Assembly: GCA_030141605.1 (NCBI GenBank)
Contig: JAQGDQ010000120.1
Coordinates: 310,001-374,000, forward strand
DNA length: 64,000 nt
Direction: 5' to 3'
Origin: Tubiluchus corallicola
Lineage: Eukaryota; Animalia; Priapulida
A program made the translations under genes and the position numbers. The notes beneath the pieces are model-generated. The model was given only the letters and a program-made list of their open reading frames with translations, ran no database searches and was not told the DNA's origin. Position 1 is the first letter of the stretch; each line of letters starts with the position of its first letter. Of this stretch, positions 1 to 14,800 are shown piece by piece.

Positions 1-2805
1 TGTTGTGGTTGATAACCAGAATTTAGCTAGTTATCACAGATTATTTTTTTGAAGTGAAACACTGAGCCTGCAGATGTGTCTAAAGTTATGTCTCCATGCG
101 TACCTGATGTGTGATGCGTGATCCGTAATGTGCATACAACAGTTTGCATTTAAACTCAGTATTTCCATGTGTATGTAGTGTGCAATATCTAATGCGTAAT
201 GTGTATTAATTTGAGCTTGATTGCTATCGTTCGAATACGCATCATGCAACAAACAGTTTTCAAGTTTCTGGTGACCATTTTCGATGATTAGCTTTCTGGA
301 AGTTCTGGTTTGGTGTATTTTGGTCACTGTAAGATCTATGCACAATAATATTTCGTCTATTTGAGTTTTTTAGAGGTGGAAGAAGCATATAGTCAAGTGA
401 TGTACACGTACTTGCAGTTCATCTCACTAAATCATGATACGTGTCGTGTTGTTCTCTATCTTGCATAATGTTGTGCACCTCAAGTCTGTGCTTTCTTTTC
501 CATCTAAGCATACAATAATAAGCTAATGCAACCTCAGTAATTATCATGCTGATGTCTCGACAGAGGCGTGGTTTCTAAAAATTATGGTTTCCAGTTTCCT
601 CGAACAGCGACCAAAAATGGCAAAAAGAGTGCCGTGAACTTTTTTAATGCACATAACATCCATTGCCACATGGAAACAGTCATTGCTCATCACGCATTAT
701 GGATCACAGATCACGCATTACGTGCACATGCGGTCCTAGTTTTAGTCAAATTCAGTTAGCTTATACATCCTCTCCCAGCAAGGAAAATGGCCAGTGTAGT
801 AAGGCAGGCAAAATGTCTCAGAAGCAGCCAAAAGCTTTCTGTCCAAAGCTTATTGGTACTATAAAATCCCTGATACCTTTGATATGAAAATGGCATATTA
901 CAGTTGTTACAATGCCTGTTGCATTTTCAGTACTATTTTTTTAATAACAGGTGATTTCTTCCTTATGCATTACTGAAGTAAGATGTTGCGAGATATAGTA
1001 TGTGTTGGCATTAATGTTTTGTAGGTTAAGTAGCATTATCACTTATCCCATTGTCATTTACTGCATGCTACTGCAAAAATAAGTTGCCTGAGAATGTCTA
1101 CTCTGGGACAGAGTAAGTCGTCTAAATGTTAAATTTACCTTTGACTTGAACACGCTATGCTGTTTCAAAAATGAATTTTTAACGTATTGCTTAGCCTGGA
1201 GAATAATAGCAAGTTTCTGAGTCATTTTTATGTATTATATCTCACTTTAATTAGTATTATATAAAGATTTAGATCTGAGTATATGTTAATATATAAAGGT
1301 TGCTGTATATGAGATAATAAGTTTATATATATACTAATGTATAAATATTTTGTTTCCATTTTAAATGATATAAGTAACAAAATTGCTAATTTTTATGTTT
1401 ACAGTTTGTGAATTTTGTTGTTGTTGATACTTGTAAGCTGTTACTTCATTACTGAGACTGTTGGTGCTTTATATGTAATAATGCAGTACCTGTTGGTAAT
1501 GGAATAGTCCAAAAACTTTGTTTTTGAAAAGTTACATATCTTTGAAAGCGTGAAGTAATAAACTGAAGTTTTTGTCATATTAGACACTGTAGTTTTGTCA
1601 CAGTACAAGAAAGTTAAAATGTCTGTCAAGAATGAAATGATGTGTGGGTGTTAGGAAAAAGAAACTTAGGCTGATCAAATAAAAATTTGCTTAAGCAAAC
1701 AAACATACTGAAACTGTTCATTACTTAAAGATCATATTATCTTACTTGATGAGCTAAGCCTAGTTATTAAAGTTTTAGATATTTTGGAAGATTTCAGTAT
1801 CTGTTTGACCAAAAAATACAGGTGCATTCTTTTTTATTAGCATAAATGGATAAATTGTCATATCTACCTGTAATATCTACATAAAGTATTACAGTAGTAA
1901 TAAAATAGCAGTTGGACATGGCTTTTTTAACCTACTGTTTATTTTGTAAATGAAAATGTCATGAATATTTGAATCCATACGTGTTTTATTTGCAAAAAGG
2001 ATATATATTTTAAGATGCTGTGTTTTCCTTTTTCCCACTTTTCTTGTAAATCTGCATTTCTTTCACTTTTCAGTTTCATGATTAACATATAAAGTGTTTA
2101 TTTTTGGTTTACTGTTTCTTATGAGAACTGTATTCACGTCATTCTTCAAAACCTGTTTTCTAAGAATTATATCGTGAGGTGCACTGTGTGCATTTATCAC
2201 ATTCGTGCAACAGCTGTTGTATTCAGCTGGAACTGCAGCATACCAGTAGTTCAGAGTACACCGATTATTGATTAGATAGTGTTAGGGCTTTTCTGTGTGA
2301 TGGCGTATTTGTCAAATCAGACTATGCTTTCAGTATTACAATGGCTGACTTATTCAGAAGCAGCCTAGTCATGTGTCTTCATTTTATTGTTTGTGCAGTG
2401 CAGTGCAGTGCAGTGGATAGCTGAACAGTAAGGTAAGTAGTGTTTTCGTGAAGTCTTTTCACGTGTTTTCACTGAAGATCTCTAATGGATTTTATGTTTC
2501 TAAGCTACTGTCAGTTTGTTATCATTTGCACTAATAAACTGTATGCCCTAATCTGTCTTTTAATATTTTCACCAAATAGAGACAACACTGTTTTTAGGAG
2601 TAATACCAGTTAACAAAAATCTTAGCTTTCATAGAAATGAAAAAAAGAATATACATTTTTATCAAGAATTTATAGCATAGATTATAAAAGAATTTTCATC
2701 ATTTATTAATGAGTATTAAATTTATTACTGCAAATTTCATTAGATGTTGTCTTTACAGGCTTTGGTAGCCAGTGCAAAAAACTGTAAGCATGATTATGAC
2801 TATCA

Positions 2806-5800
2806 ATGGCTAATGAAGTAGTAGGATTCAAGCCACATCAAATTCATCCTTGGCGGGAACTCGTCACTGAACTTATCTTAGATTTCGATTCGGCTACTCT
2901 AGAACTAGCTACATCTTACTGCAAAGATAAGTTACCAAGGAATATCTACTCTAAGATAGAGTAAGTTGCCTAGACAGTATGTTTTTGCAGTTAATGTGAA
3001 CAGAACTTATGGGCAATCGAGTAATGTCATTTACTAATTGTGTTATTGTTTGGCAGACATTTCGTCACATTATACCGTTTTTATTATTATACAGCACATT
3101 TCAAGCAAATATGTATTGGATGGCGCATTTTGCAGGGACATTTTTGAATAAGGACACTTGGTATTAAGAGCATGTCCATCCTGCCCGGCAAGATTAATAG
3201 GCATATTACTGTTCATTCAGCGATGGACAAATGTTTAGGCCTAAGAAATAAATAACAGGATACTTTGGTTAAACAATTGAATTAAACTGACTCACTTAGT
3301 TTTCATGCTGGACTTCTCAAGTTTTCATGGAATTTGCAAGATGCTATTTATTATTTGTAAAAACTACCTGAACAATCATTTTCACAGTACACGTTTGTCA
3401 GTGCATTCTTTTTTATGCAAAACAGTGCTTGTTGTTGCAGTAAACATCTATTATTGTTGTTAAAATCCTGAACTTTCGTTAATAATATACTTCTGCTTGT
3501 TTTAGTGAATGTGTCATATAGCTTATGTAATGTGTTGCTATATATCAGATTTACTTATTTACTGTTTACAGGAATAACAAGGCCTTCTTTGATAGCCTGG
3601 AATGCTTATATGGGGAGGATGAGATGATTCCTCTGCTAAAAAATCTTATGGATAAAATGAGCTACCACGCAAGCCAAGACTGTGGCAGCATACCATTTAG
3701 TGTAGGTTTCTTTAAGTGTACTATATTTATAAATTTGCTTGACTAATATTCAAGCAGACCAAACTGGTGTTGTCTACATTTGAGTGGTTGCAGAGTTTGG
3801 CAGGTAAACTTATTCTGCAGAAACAAATTAGTTTTTCATCAAACCAGAAGTTTCCATATACTGTAGGCACCGCTTAATAGACTCACTTTGGGACCGACGT
3901 GTTTTGACCCCATTAACCGACTGAACCTATTAACTGATGGGTGCAGTATTATGGGTACAGAACGGTTTTTAATGAATTTTAGAAACGAACTAATCCCTAA
4001 ATTCCTTCGTGCAGTTAAAAATTAGAAAAAAATATTTTAAAATATTAATTTATGTAAGTGAATTAGCAATAAGTTAAAAAGTGTACTTTCCTAAATCACA
4101 GACTTTTCTAAGTGTGTTTATTTGCAAAAATTGCAAAAATTTCTTCAATGATGGCTACTTCATTTTCTTGCAAAGAAGTTGGCCCACAAAATTCTCTTAA
4201 TTTTAAAATTGTTGAAAATCTGTTGTTGTTCGTGACTAAAACAGTTCTGAATCATCGGCTCACTTAGTTTGCTCTCATTTGCTATGCGTTTTTAGTCTTG
4301 TAAGTCACAAGGAGTACCAGCTGGTTACTGTACCTGCGTCTGATTACGCCTGAAAGCGTGATTTGCAACAAGAGCATTAAAAGGAAACCGCTTGGCAAGT
4401 GATTAAATGTTTAACTTCCAGAAATTCTCTGGGTAACAGTGAGCAAGCCAGTAACAGGTTCAAAGCAAAACCGCTACGCTAGCGTATTAACGTATGATAA
4501 ATGTACCTGCTTACAAACGAAATGGTACTTAACGTGATTGTTTCTGCATACATAGTGCACAAAAGGGAAATAAAGATGACATATAGTAGGAAAGATTCCT
4601 TGAGCACATACAAATATCTTATTTTAAATAGGTGAGGAAAAATGTTGAGTCAATTAAGATGAGTTATTTGAGTCAATTACCAATAGTTTTTATGTACATT
4701 TTAATCAAAGCAGCCCGTTCCCGGCATTTTTGAGTCAATTAAGCAATCATGTCTATTAACCATGAGTCTATTAAGCGGTGCCAACTGTAATCAAAATAAT
4801 TAGATTTTGCTTTTACCTGGAATTATAAATTCTGAAACAGTATTCTTGAACATTGATTGCTCTGTGTTACCTTTAATAAAAGCAGAAATATAAAGCCCAA
4901 AAGTCATTTATACATGGATATTGGAAAAAAAACACTGTTATTTTGTTAGTTTTCTTGAGAATATACAATGAGAACACGGCAGCCACACCTAAAAGATTCA
5001 GGGAATTAAAGAACTTAAAATAAATTTGAAGCATCAGAGAATCAGAATTGAATTGAGTTTCTGGCACTGTTGGAAATTTTTATTGTATATAAAGGCTGTA
5101 TGTTTTCAATATCTCTCTTCTTGAGTTTGGAAAGCTGGCAATTTTGAATTATCTCAAGAATATTGTTTGTGCTGGGCTTCTCATAGGCATTGTATAAATT
5201 GTTAATTGTATGAAAGCAAGTAATATCTATTGAATATTACAAGGAACAAAATTTGAACGTCTCGTTGTACAGGCTAGAATATCAGAATACGAAGTTAAAC
5301 TTCAGCAATATAAAGATAATCAGTCCACTACAAGCAAGAACCTGGAAAATGAGATGTTCGTTGGTCGACAAAATGAACTGTGTCTTCTACGTGAAAGTCT
5401 CTTTCAGCCATCTAATACCATCGTAGGTAAGATGATTAAAATTACACAGCATGCACTTGTTTTATGGTTTGTTGATTATCAGTCAATGAAAGAAATAAAA
5501 TAACAACTTCTTTGATCAACTGTGTCTTTCTGCTTGTCACTGTTGATTACTAATGCTGCTATTTTTAAATCAGGTGTAATTATTATGCATGAACCACACA
5601 AGATAATGCATTTTGACAATGTCAAGGGTTATTGTAATATAGTATCTTATTGACAAACCTCTAAAATGCTATTCGTTAGTTGTTTGTTTTTATGCATTTT
5701 CATGTAAAAATTTTATATTTAGATTTGTTTTTATGTAGTTTTTGCCTAGCAATCAAGAAAACCTTTGACAAAGATACACTTAAAATGAAAATTGACATTT

Positions 5801-8800
5801 CTGAATGGTCCATGTCATCTTAGTTATAGACAAAGTGTTATTAAATTACTAATTTAAAAATTTTAACCAATATTGCAAAAGTTTTTCATTTTGCAGTTGT
5901 GAGCATCACGGGTATGTGGGGAGTTGGGAAGAGCTCATTAGCTATCAGTCTTTGTGCTTCAGAGCCAAGTTATAATACCTGTGTGGTTGACCTTCGGTAA
6001 TATTTTTATCATTACTGCTACTTTTTGAATTGAACCGAGCATTTTTAATGGCATTGTTTTATGTTGCCATGGTAGTTAACTAAAATATTTTTGTTTCAGA
6101 GGTAAATCTACAGTTAGTGAAGCCATATTGGCTATTGTAAGGCAACTTGGTCGAATTGCACCTAGTGAATATGATCCATTGCTGCTGCAGGCAGAACTTC
6201 AATCAATCAATAACAGTATGCATTAATGTTTTCATAACAACGATTTTACTAGTTGAATTCTAAGTCTAAATGTAAAACTGGTACTATATTATATATTATA
6301 TTATATTATAGGAAAAAACTGTAAATTCATGCAGAAATTTTGTCAAAATTGGCGAGATTTAAATATCACCACCATTCTGTGTTCACTGTGGTAACGAAAA
6401 CACAAACACACACCACATCTGAAACAAAAAACCATATTTTATTTTTTAATTTGACATGAGCGTTATCTTATTGCTGATATGAACTTTCAAGCAAAACAAA
6501 ATTTGCTATGTGTATAACAAGTTGGGTGTACTTTTAGCATGTATTAATAATTTTTTTCACAAATTTTATTTTCAATGTATTAATGATGAAAAGTCTCAAA
6601 AGAGCACCCTCTTCTTCTGCTATGTATCAGTCTTTTATGGTATGGCAATAAACAAAGGTGCAATTCTTGTTTTGCATGCGTAAAGTTCTTGTTGTATATA
6701 ATCTTATATATTCTGTTCTTTATTAAGATTTGTTTCTCATCTAGCTGACATGGTTTAACTTTGTTTAGTCTATCCTACTTTCACATTTTATATATTCTCC
6801 TCCTTATGATTGTCCTTGTGTGTCTTTTTTCAGAAACTATCGTTTATTTGGACAATGTCGATGAGTTATTAGAGCCAACAACATCCATGCAGCAAGTTAA
6901 TACTCAGAGACAGGATTTTCAAAATATAATTAGCGAAGTGGCAAAGCTTCATAATAACAAGGTGTGTATGCTATGACTTTATGTGAGTTCAACTGGTATA
7001 CATGCTGCAGCTTTATTTTTTTAGCTCACATAGCAATTAGTTTGCTCATAAATATATATACGGTTGTATGAGTTTTTCCTGCCTACTGTCGGGTGTCATA
7101 TATCTTTTGAAAAACTTATTAATGCTATCAGATTTCATAAAAAATCTGCTGTTGGAATTGTATACTGCTATTTAACATTTAGTTTGATAAAAAACGTGTT
7201 AGTTTTTTAATACAGTCTTTTTGGTTGTCCAGGCAAAGCTATTGCTCACAAGTCGCTACTCCTTGCTGGATGAAGATGATGGGGTGCATGAATCTGGAAA
7301 ACTCTGCACTGGATTGGGAGGATGTGCCAGTGAACTGACTCTAAGTGGTCTTCCACTTAGCGACTGCATGCTACTGCTGAACAAAATCACTCACCAGGTA
7401 ACTGAAAGTGAATGAGGGAATGTAACTTGAGAAGACAGAAGTCAAAATTCTTATTAATTCCAACTGTATACTAGATAATCAGTAATTTAATACGAAGTTT
7501 TTCCTACTGCCTGAGAGTTCATAATTTTCCTAATTACTTCCTGTGATATATGCATGATCATGTGTGGTATGTTTAGAAACATTTTTGAAAATGATACAGA
7601 GCGGTGCATGCTTCAATTGCTTTATTGCATAGCTCAAAGATTGTAAACAGTAGAACTTATATAAAAGCTTGTGGTTTTTTCCACCTTTTTAGGAAATAAC
7701 AGCGGAACTGGAATCAAAATTCAGTGCTGTCATTGCTAAATGTGGCAATCACCCTCTGTCTCTGAAAATCATTGCTGGCTACTTACAGTCAGGATTCACC
7801 TTTGATGATGTCCTGACTCGGCTCGATCGACTACCAGGTCGTGCAGAATTCACACGTCCCTTGGAACAGTTGTTCAGCACATTGTCAGAGAAATATCAGC
7901 ACATTCTGGTTCAGCTTTCAATTTTTCGGTGAGATTAAGTGATTATTTGAAAAAGGCATAATTAAGGCAAAACCTATTTACCTATACAAAAGGTGTTTTA
8001 TTTCATATAGGTGGAATATCATCTGCTCATAAATTATAGTTTGGGATATTTTGAAGAGGAATTCACTGTTTACTTTAAATCAGAAGGAAGTATTTCGGAA
8101 TACTGAGGTTCAAAAACATTAGGCGCAGAGGGACTAATGAATTGCCCGATTTCATTGTTATATTTGATGCAAAATGCCAGTCTGATCGACAGACATAGCT
8201 TTTTAGAATATTAGATGAACAAGCACAATTCTTTAATTTATCATTTACTTTTTTTCTGTTCTTTATAGGACATGGTTTGACATAGAGGCAGCTGCTGGTG
8301 TGATGGGGGTACATGTTGTAGATGCAAAATTTGAACTGCATTATCTTCACTGTATTCATTTAGTTGAAGTTGATGAATGGTCGAGTCTTTCATCAGCAAA
8401 GGTATTACTAGCACATTTGTTCCAGGTTAGCAAATAGTTAATTCAATCATGTACAATGATGACCGTGTCTGTTAATAGCTACAGTTAGTTTTCATAATTC
8501 TTTGCTATCTCTGGCTTGTATTTTGATATTTTTCTACTAAAAGTACTGACAAACTTACAACTAATTCTGCAACATTTCATTGACCTGCAATTATATGTAG
8601 AGCATACATGCCATAATGTCACTCGTTTGATTAATTAGAAAGCCTTTGCTTCACCTATATGCTGCAGGTTCATTACTTTGTGTGACTTGTAAGTAAACAA
8701 TCTCATTGTGCTTTGCTTTCTCCTACCTTTGTCACTTCAAAATAAAATATATCATTACAAATACTGGTTTTGCCAAAGTCACACCTGGAAATTTGTATTA

Positions 8801-11800
8801 ATTCCTTAATTCCTCAGGTAAGAATTTTGTTTTCTGTCTAAATTGGGATGGGTGTTAAATTTGCTTCTAGTTTTGCATACCATTTTTGAACTAAAATGAA
8901 TGACAAATGTATAACCAGAAAACCATTATTTAATTTAAGAATTTAATATCTCCTTTTACGTTTACATTTTGAACTACTTTATAGGTAAGTTTCTTCAGTG
9001 GAAGTGAAAAGAAGTACTGCCTGCATACACTGTCACGTGCATTTCTCTTGCAAATTCGTCAACAGTCGTCTGATCTCTCTCAAGTTTATGCAGCAGCTGA
9101 ACACAACTTTTCAAATTATTTTTGCAAATGGTTAGAAAAGGTTGCAAAGAATGCCCAGGAGAATGCCCTTAATGCATTTGGTACGTATGTGCATTTCTTT
9201 GTATACAGTCAACTTCACCTAATTTGTACTGTTGGGGACGGAAAAATAATACGAGTTATACGAAGTACGGATTACGTTATTGTCCCTGCATAATGAAATC
9301 TATAGGCTGTAACTATGTTTCAAGGGTTCAGGAAAATAATTGACATTGGTTTTGTTAGATATACTTTGTTATACATTGCAACTTTTGCTATCTTTATCAT
9401 GGTGAATTAACTGCTGATTTAGTGTTTGCTTACTTTCAGAGCAGACCCTCAGTACAAATCCACCTTTTTTACCTTTTTATTATAATAGTTTAAACTCCTT
9501 CTAGACATTACACAGGTGTGTAATGCTTTTATCTCACTGCTACCTGTGGCACGGCCAACTAGCAAAAGCTACAATGTAGGCAGTCACACAGTGATTATAA
9601 ATCTACTTGTTTCTCAACAAGTGTCAAAAACAAATTTCTCACTAGTCAGTTATCAATGATAACTCATTAACATCACGCCTAAAATATAAGTTTTTTAGAT
9701 TCAATAATGCAATGAGTCCAAAATTATAAAAGTGTTAACCAAAATTTAGTGGGAAAAAAATCGCTGAAGGGATTTGGATTTGAACCAGAAACTTTCAGAC
9801 TTCCAATGAACCACGCAACCCTTGTTATGTAGACACGTTTCAGTTCAATAATCTTTTTCTGTTAATACTATTTTTTCTAAAAGGATTGAAATTTGTGTGC
9901 TATTTCAAAGTTGAATATATTGACGTATGTACATTACATACACATAATTGTGTGTCAAGCTTGTTGTTCTTTTAATACAATGTATTTGGAAAAGCAAATG
10001 TAATTGTTATTATTTATAGCCAGGGTAGAAGAGAACCACGTTCATCTGGACCATATGCTTAGTTTACTGATGCGAGATGGCACGGTTGCTTCATTAAATA
10101 CACGCAAACAATTTTTGAAACAGTATCAAGTGTGCATGCTGTGGGAACTTTTTTTGGAAGTATCACGAAGGATAAAATTATGTCAAAATTTAGCTGATCG
10201 TGCATTACAGCAAGGTAACTGTAGCACTTTTATAAAAATAAAGGGAGAAATATATAATTATATATGTATATCATTTAGAACTGTATATTTAGGAACATTT
10301 ATGTACTGCTGATACTGAACATAGTCATTGCACAACTGAAATTTCAACTTAATGCATTCAAAAAATGTTAATCATTTTATTGTAGCTGTTCACGGTAAAA
10401 CTGATGTGTTCATAATAATTGTGCCATTTAATCTTTTATCCTTTGAATGAATTACTGCACAAGTTCGCATTAAACTTTATAATCTATTTTTTCTTTCAAG
10501 GAAACCAGCTGGGCTATTGTTTTTATAAAATTTGGGAAGCTGAACTTTTGTTGGTACAGGCGTCATATGGTAAAGCTCGACAGTTATTGGAAAAACCTGG
10601 TAGCATTATCAAGAAGTTAGATGCCCACAGTGATGGTGTGAAATTAACCAGGTCTATGTGGCATTTTGTACAAGGTATGTAAATTTTTTTGTAGAATAAA
10701 TGTCTCTGTATCATGCTGTTATTTTAATTTTGATACCAACATTATATGCTGCTATGCTATACTAGAACATCTACACAGTTCTCATAGTTAACGGTAGCCC
10801 AAGTCTGTATTGTATTGTAATCACAAAAAATAATGTAATGGTTTTCAAATTATTTAGTTATTGTTGTGTAGTAACATTAAGGCAACTCAGTTTTCTGGTA
10901 ATCTCACAAAAAATTTCAAATTGGATGCTTCTTACTTGATTGATTGTAGGACATATGACAAAGGCAATGTAGTTTAGTGCAGTTGTGTCCTAGCATTTTT
11001 CTGTAAAATTGCAAATTCCATTTTTCTTATTATTTTCCAGTTATGCCTCATTTCAAGTTTATCGTGATTTTCTTTTAGGACGGGTATTTAGTTGCCTCAG
11101 ACATCCTCAGGAAGCCCTAAGAGAGACAAATACAGCGTTGAAACTCTGCCGGGCTGTTAATCGAACTTTCGTATTTACTGCGCGTGTGCTCAATCATCGC
11201 GGCCACGTGTATCATGACTTGGGTAAAACTGCAGACTCGCTGATGGCACATCTTGATGCATATAAAATATTATTGTCAAAAAATGGTTCCCATCTACAAC
11301 TTGATGCACCAACGTACCTGATGAATATTGGTACAGGTAAGCATTCCAGTAGTAATGCAAATGATGCAAATGTGTGAATTTGTTGGGTGGTCATGGTACA
11401 ACTATTGTTACATGCTTGGCTGCAGAGTTAAGCAGTGCTGGTGAGGAAAGTGTGTTGATTAAATTGCTGCATCTTTTCACCATATGATGAATGTAAGCTA
11501 ATTACTAATTAATAATTACTAAGATCATCAACATTGTTGAAGATAATTTTAATAACAAGAGAGTACCTACGGCTAATCAAAGTCACAGTTGTCTGACACA
11601 CACATGAATTAATCACTTGACATTTGTTCAGAAGTTGCTAATTTAGTCATTAAGCACCTTAAACAATTCATGTGCTTTCCTGTGAATAAGAATAGTCTGG
11701 TAAATATTTAGTGGCAAATTATTCGTCTGTGTTCAGTGTATTTCAAGCAATACAGTTACATTAGTCCATTAGTACAAAAAACAAAAATGTCACATTAAGC

Positions 11801-14800
11801 AGGATCATAATTAACGAACTCCAACAAAAAAAATCAAGGGAGCGTACTAACTACTAAAGTCTTAAGCCATGAAAAGTTTATATAAACCAAACGTGTAATG
11901 AAAATTGAGGCACTAACATTTTACAATCATCCAGCATCTCAAAAAAGCATGAGATCTATTGATACATGGGCATAGGCAGTGTCACATAGTCAACATCATT
12001 CTATGTTACTTGTTAAAGTTGTTATTTTCGTTGCAATTTAGAAGGTCTAGTAAAAAGTGTACAGTATTCATTTTATCATCATCAATACTATATTCGCATT
12101 TACTCATATCTTTTAAAATTCTACTCAAATTTGATTTGTGAAATTTAGAATAGTTGTACAAGTTTTTAAAAAATCGTAAATTAAATCCTGCAGCAGAACA
12201 GACAAATAAACAAGTTAGTATTGAGGGCAAAGAAATTGATCAAACAATTAGTGCTGTTCAAATCAGACCCATCAGAATTTAACGTATGACCTAACTGAGA
12301 CATATTTATGCCAAGCTAAAAGAATCCCATCAAGAAAGACTTTAGGGTCTCTGTCCTATAAATGTTGGAGATTACGGAGTGTGAATGACACATTTACTTC
12401 TTACCTTGTTCCCGTCAATATTAGCAAAATTAAGGAAATATTCGCTTGGATAACTTCACAAATCTCCAACATCTGTTGAAGACCCTTCACACTGGCAGAA
12501 AGCAAAATAAAGTCATCAGCATATACCAGATACCTGCAGGACCTATTTCCAGCAAAAAACAGTAACCATTATTATATAACTTATATAACAATCTGTCAAA
12601 ATAAATACAAAAAAGAAGAGGGAAGAGAACAACACCCTGGGGAATGCCATTGGATACTTGAATACCAGGCAAAACTAAGGAAAAATATTAATATTTTAAC
12701 TAGTATACATATTTAATTGAGTTTTAATTATTTGACTTAGGCAATTTTTCTAACAAGCATGTTAAATAATTTACAAAAATTCATTTACTGAACACCTCAG
12801 AGGCATCAAGTAGAGAACGATAAATGTTACTACTGTTGCTAAATTAATATAGAACGATGTCCTTAAGAACCATTGTACACATGGATGTAGATGTTTGAAC
12901 CCATATTGGTTATTACAAATAGAAAGATATTCTTTAGCTTTAAGAATAACTAATCAATCAAAAAGTTCTGAAACGGAGAAAAGACATAGTTTATGTCAGA
13001 CAAATTGCCTCTAAGATCTTGAGAAATTAGGATAATATTAGCTGAGAGCATATTCTTAGGAGTGCATCCATGTTTAATTATCATATTAAATAAACAAAAC
13101 AGTATAGTGGGCCATTTCAGATAGTATTTTAGACAGTATTGAAAGACAATGTCATTCTAGATTTACCCCTTTCCAACAGCATCAACAATTTCTCTAAACA
13201 TTACTAGGCAAATTATCAATTTCATGTTTTAATTGGGACATCTCATGAGAATGTCATACCAAGCATCAGCCTACCCATAAATGAAACCAGAGCATGTCAG
13301 AATCTAGCTGTGTCATATACTGGCTTTTGTATTCGTTCCGCCTTGGAATGACAGTAGAATGGGATTCATTGCTTTTACTTGCATTTAAATAGGAATTGAC
13401 AATATCCGCACAGTAACCGAAGGAACTAATGTGTTGTGTGCGTTACACTCAAAATTTTCTCTGTGCAAAGCTACAGCAGGCATCTAAATGTTACCTAAAT
13501 ATCAGCACTAAATTGTTTATTTAACAGTACATGTGCAGTCTTAGCATTATACCAAGACATTTTATCTTAAAAAAGTATGGCTTCTTACAGTGGTTTTATG
13601 CTTCAAGCTTCAAAGTCATAACTAAAGGGCTATGATTGCTTAAATTAGAAGCACAGTGATATACAGTGTAACTGATCACATTATTCAGTAAAAAGTGTCT
13701 ATCCAGCACTGTCTAATTTTTATGGTAGCTTGTCTAAGGCTCACTTTGTTTTCAGCACTAACATTTATCTTTAGCTTATCATGCGATGGGTGTGGATGTG
13801 ATGAAGCTGAGTCCATCAGAAGCTCGGCAGCATTTCGTCCGCTCTAAGGAATATTATGACAAAAGTTTAGAAATTGAAGAGAAGCTGCACATGAATGGTT
13901 TTACTAAGGTACAAAAATGAACAGTTTGTGTGTAAAATCATTTGCCTTGTTGGAAGTTAACATTCACGATAGTTTGGTATCATGTTAGGTGGTCAATGAG
14001 CTTTCAGCATTGCAGGCAAGGGCATGCATCCTGGTGACACACTGATCTCGGAATGTAATTCAGTAAATGCTAATTTTTACTTCACTTCTTAATATGCGTT
14101 ATGAGTTAATAATAAGATGGATGCATAATAGGACGTGCCAAAAGTTGCTTACAGCATGTCTTGCGATGTTCACTGAAACTATTCTTTTTCTAATTAGACA
14201 TCTAAAGCAGACATCTCATTTTTCAGATTTGATGCAAATGTTATTAAGCTATTTGTTATTGTACCAGGGTAAAAATGAATTCAGCTGCACCCTTTTTCAA
14301 ATTCAGAGTCCAAGGATAGCAACAGAAGTCTTAAGAATTCCATTTAATGAAGCACACCGTTAATTGTGCTGAAGTGAACATGGAATGACCGCATGTGTGT
14401 TTTAAAATAACGTTCATCTACAGGTGTATAAGTGACCTGTTTTGGGTAAAAAAAAATGACTATGTCTTTTTGACCTTCCTCCTTAGCAAAAAATTTTGTT
14501 TAACATTTCAGACTGCTTTGACGCTAAAGAATAAATCTATGGTCCTCTGCCACATGAAGGAGTATGAAGAAGGGTTAAACATGGCTAAACAAGCTTTAAA
14601 CATTCGCCAAAGATATCTTCCGCAAAATCATCCTGACATTTCCAGAGCTGTGATATACGTCGGACAAATATACTATGATATGGGGAGAGATAAAGCCAAA
14701 AAAGATGAAAAAAGTAGGTGCATAAATTGTAGTTGAACCACACCAAGGAGTCACATAAGCCTTGTTTTTATTTAGTTTCAGTTACTCGCATGAAAAACGA

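Noticed and set aside
9755-9825. tRNA gene on the - strand (GGTTCAAATCC B-box-like)
   Set aside because: No convincing cloverleaf; at most a decayed SINE head. A similar weak motif at ~15880-15900 was also not called.
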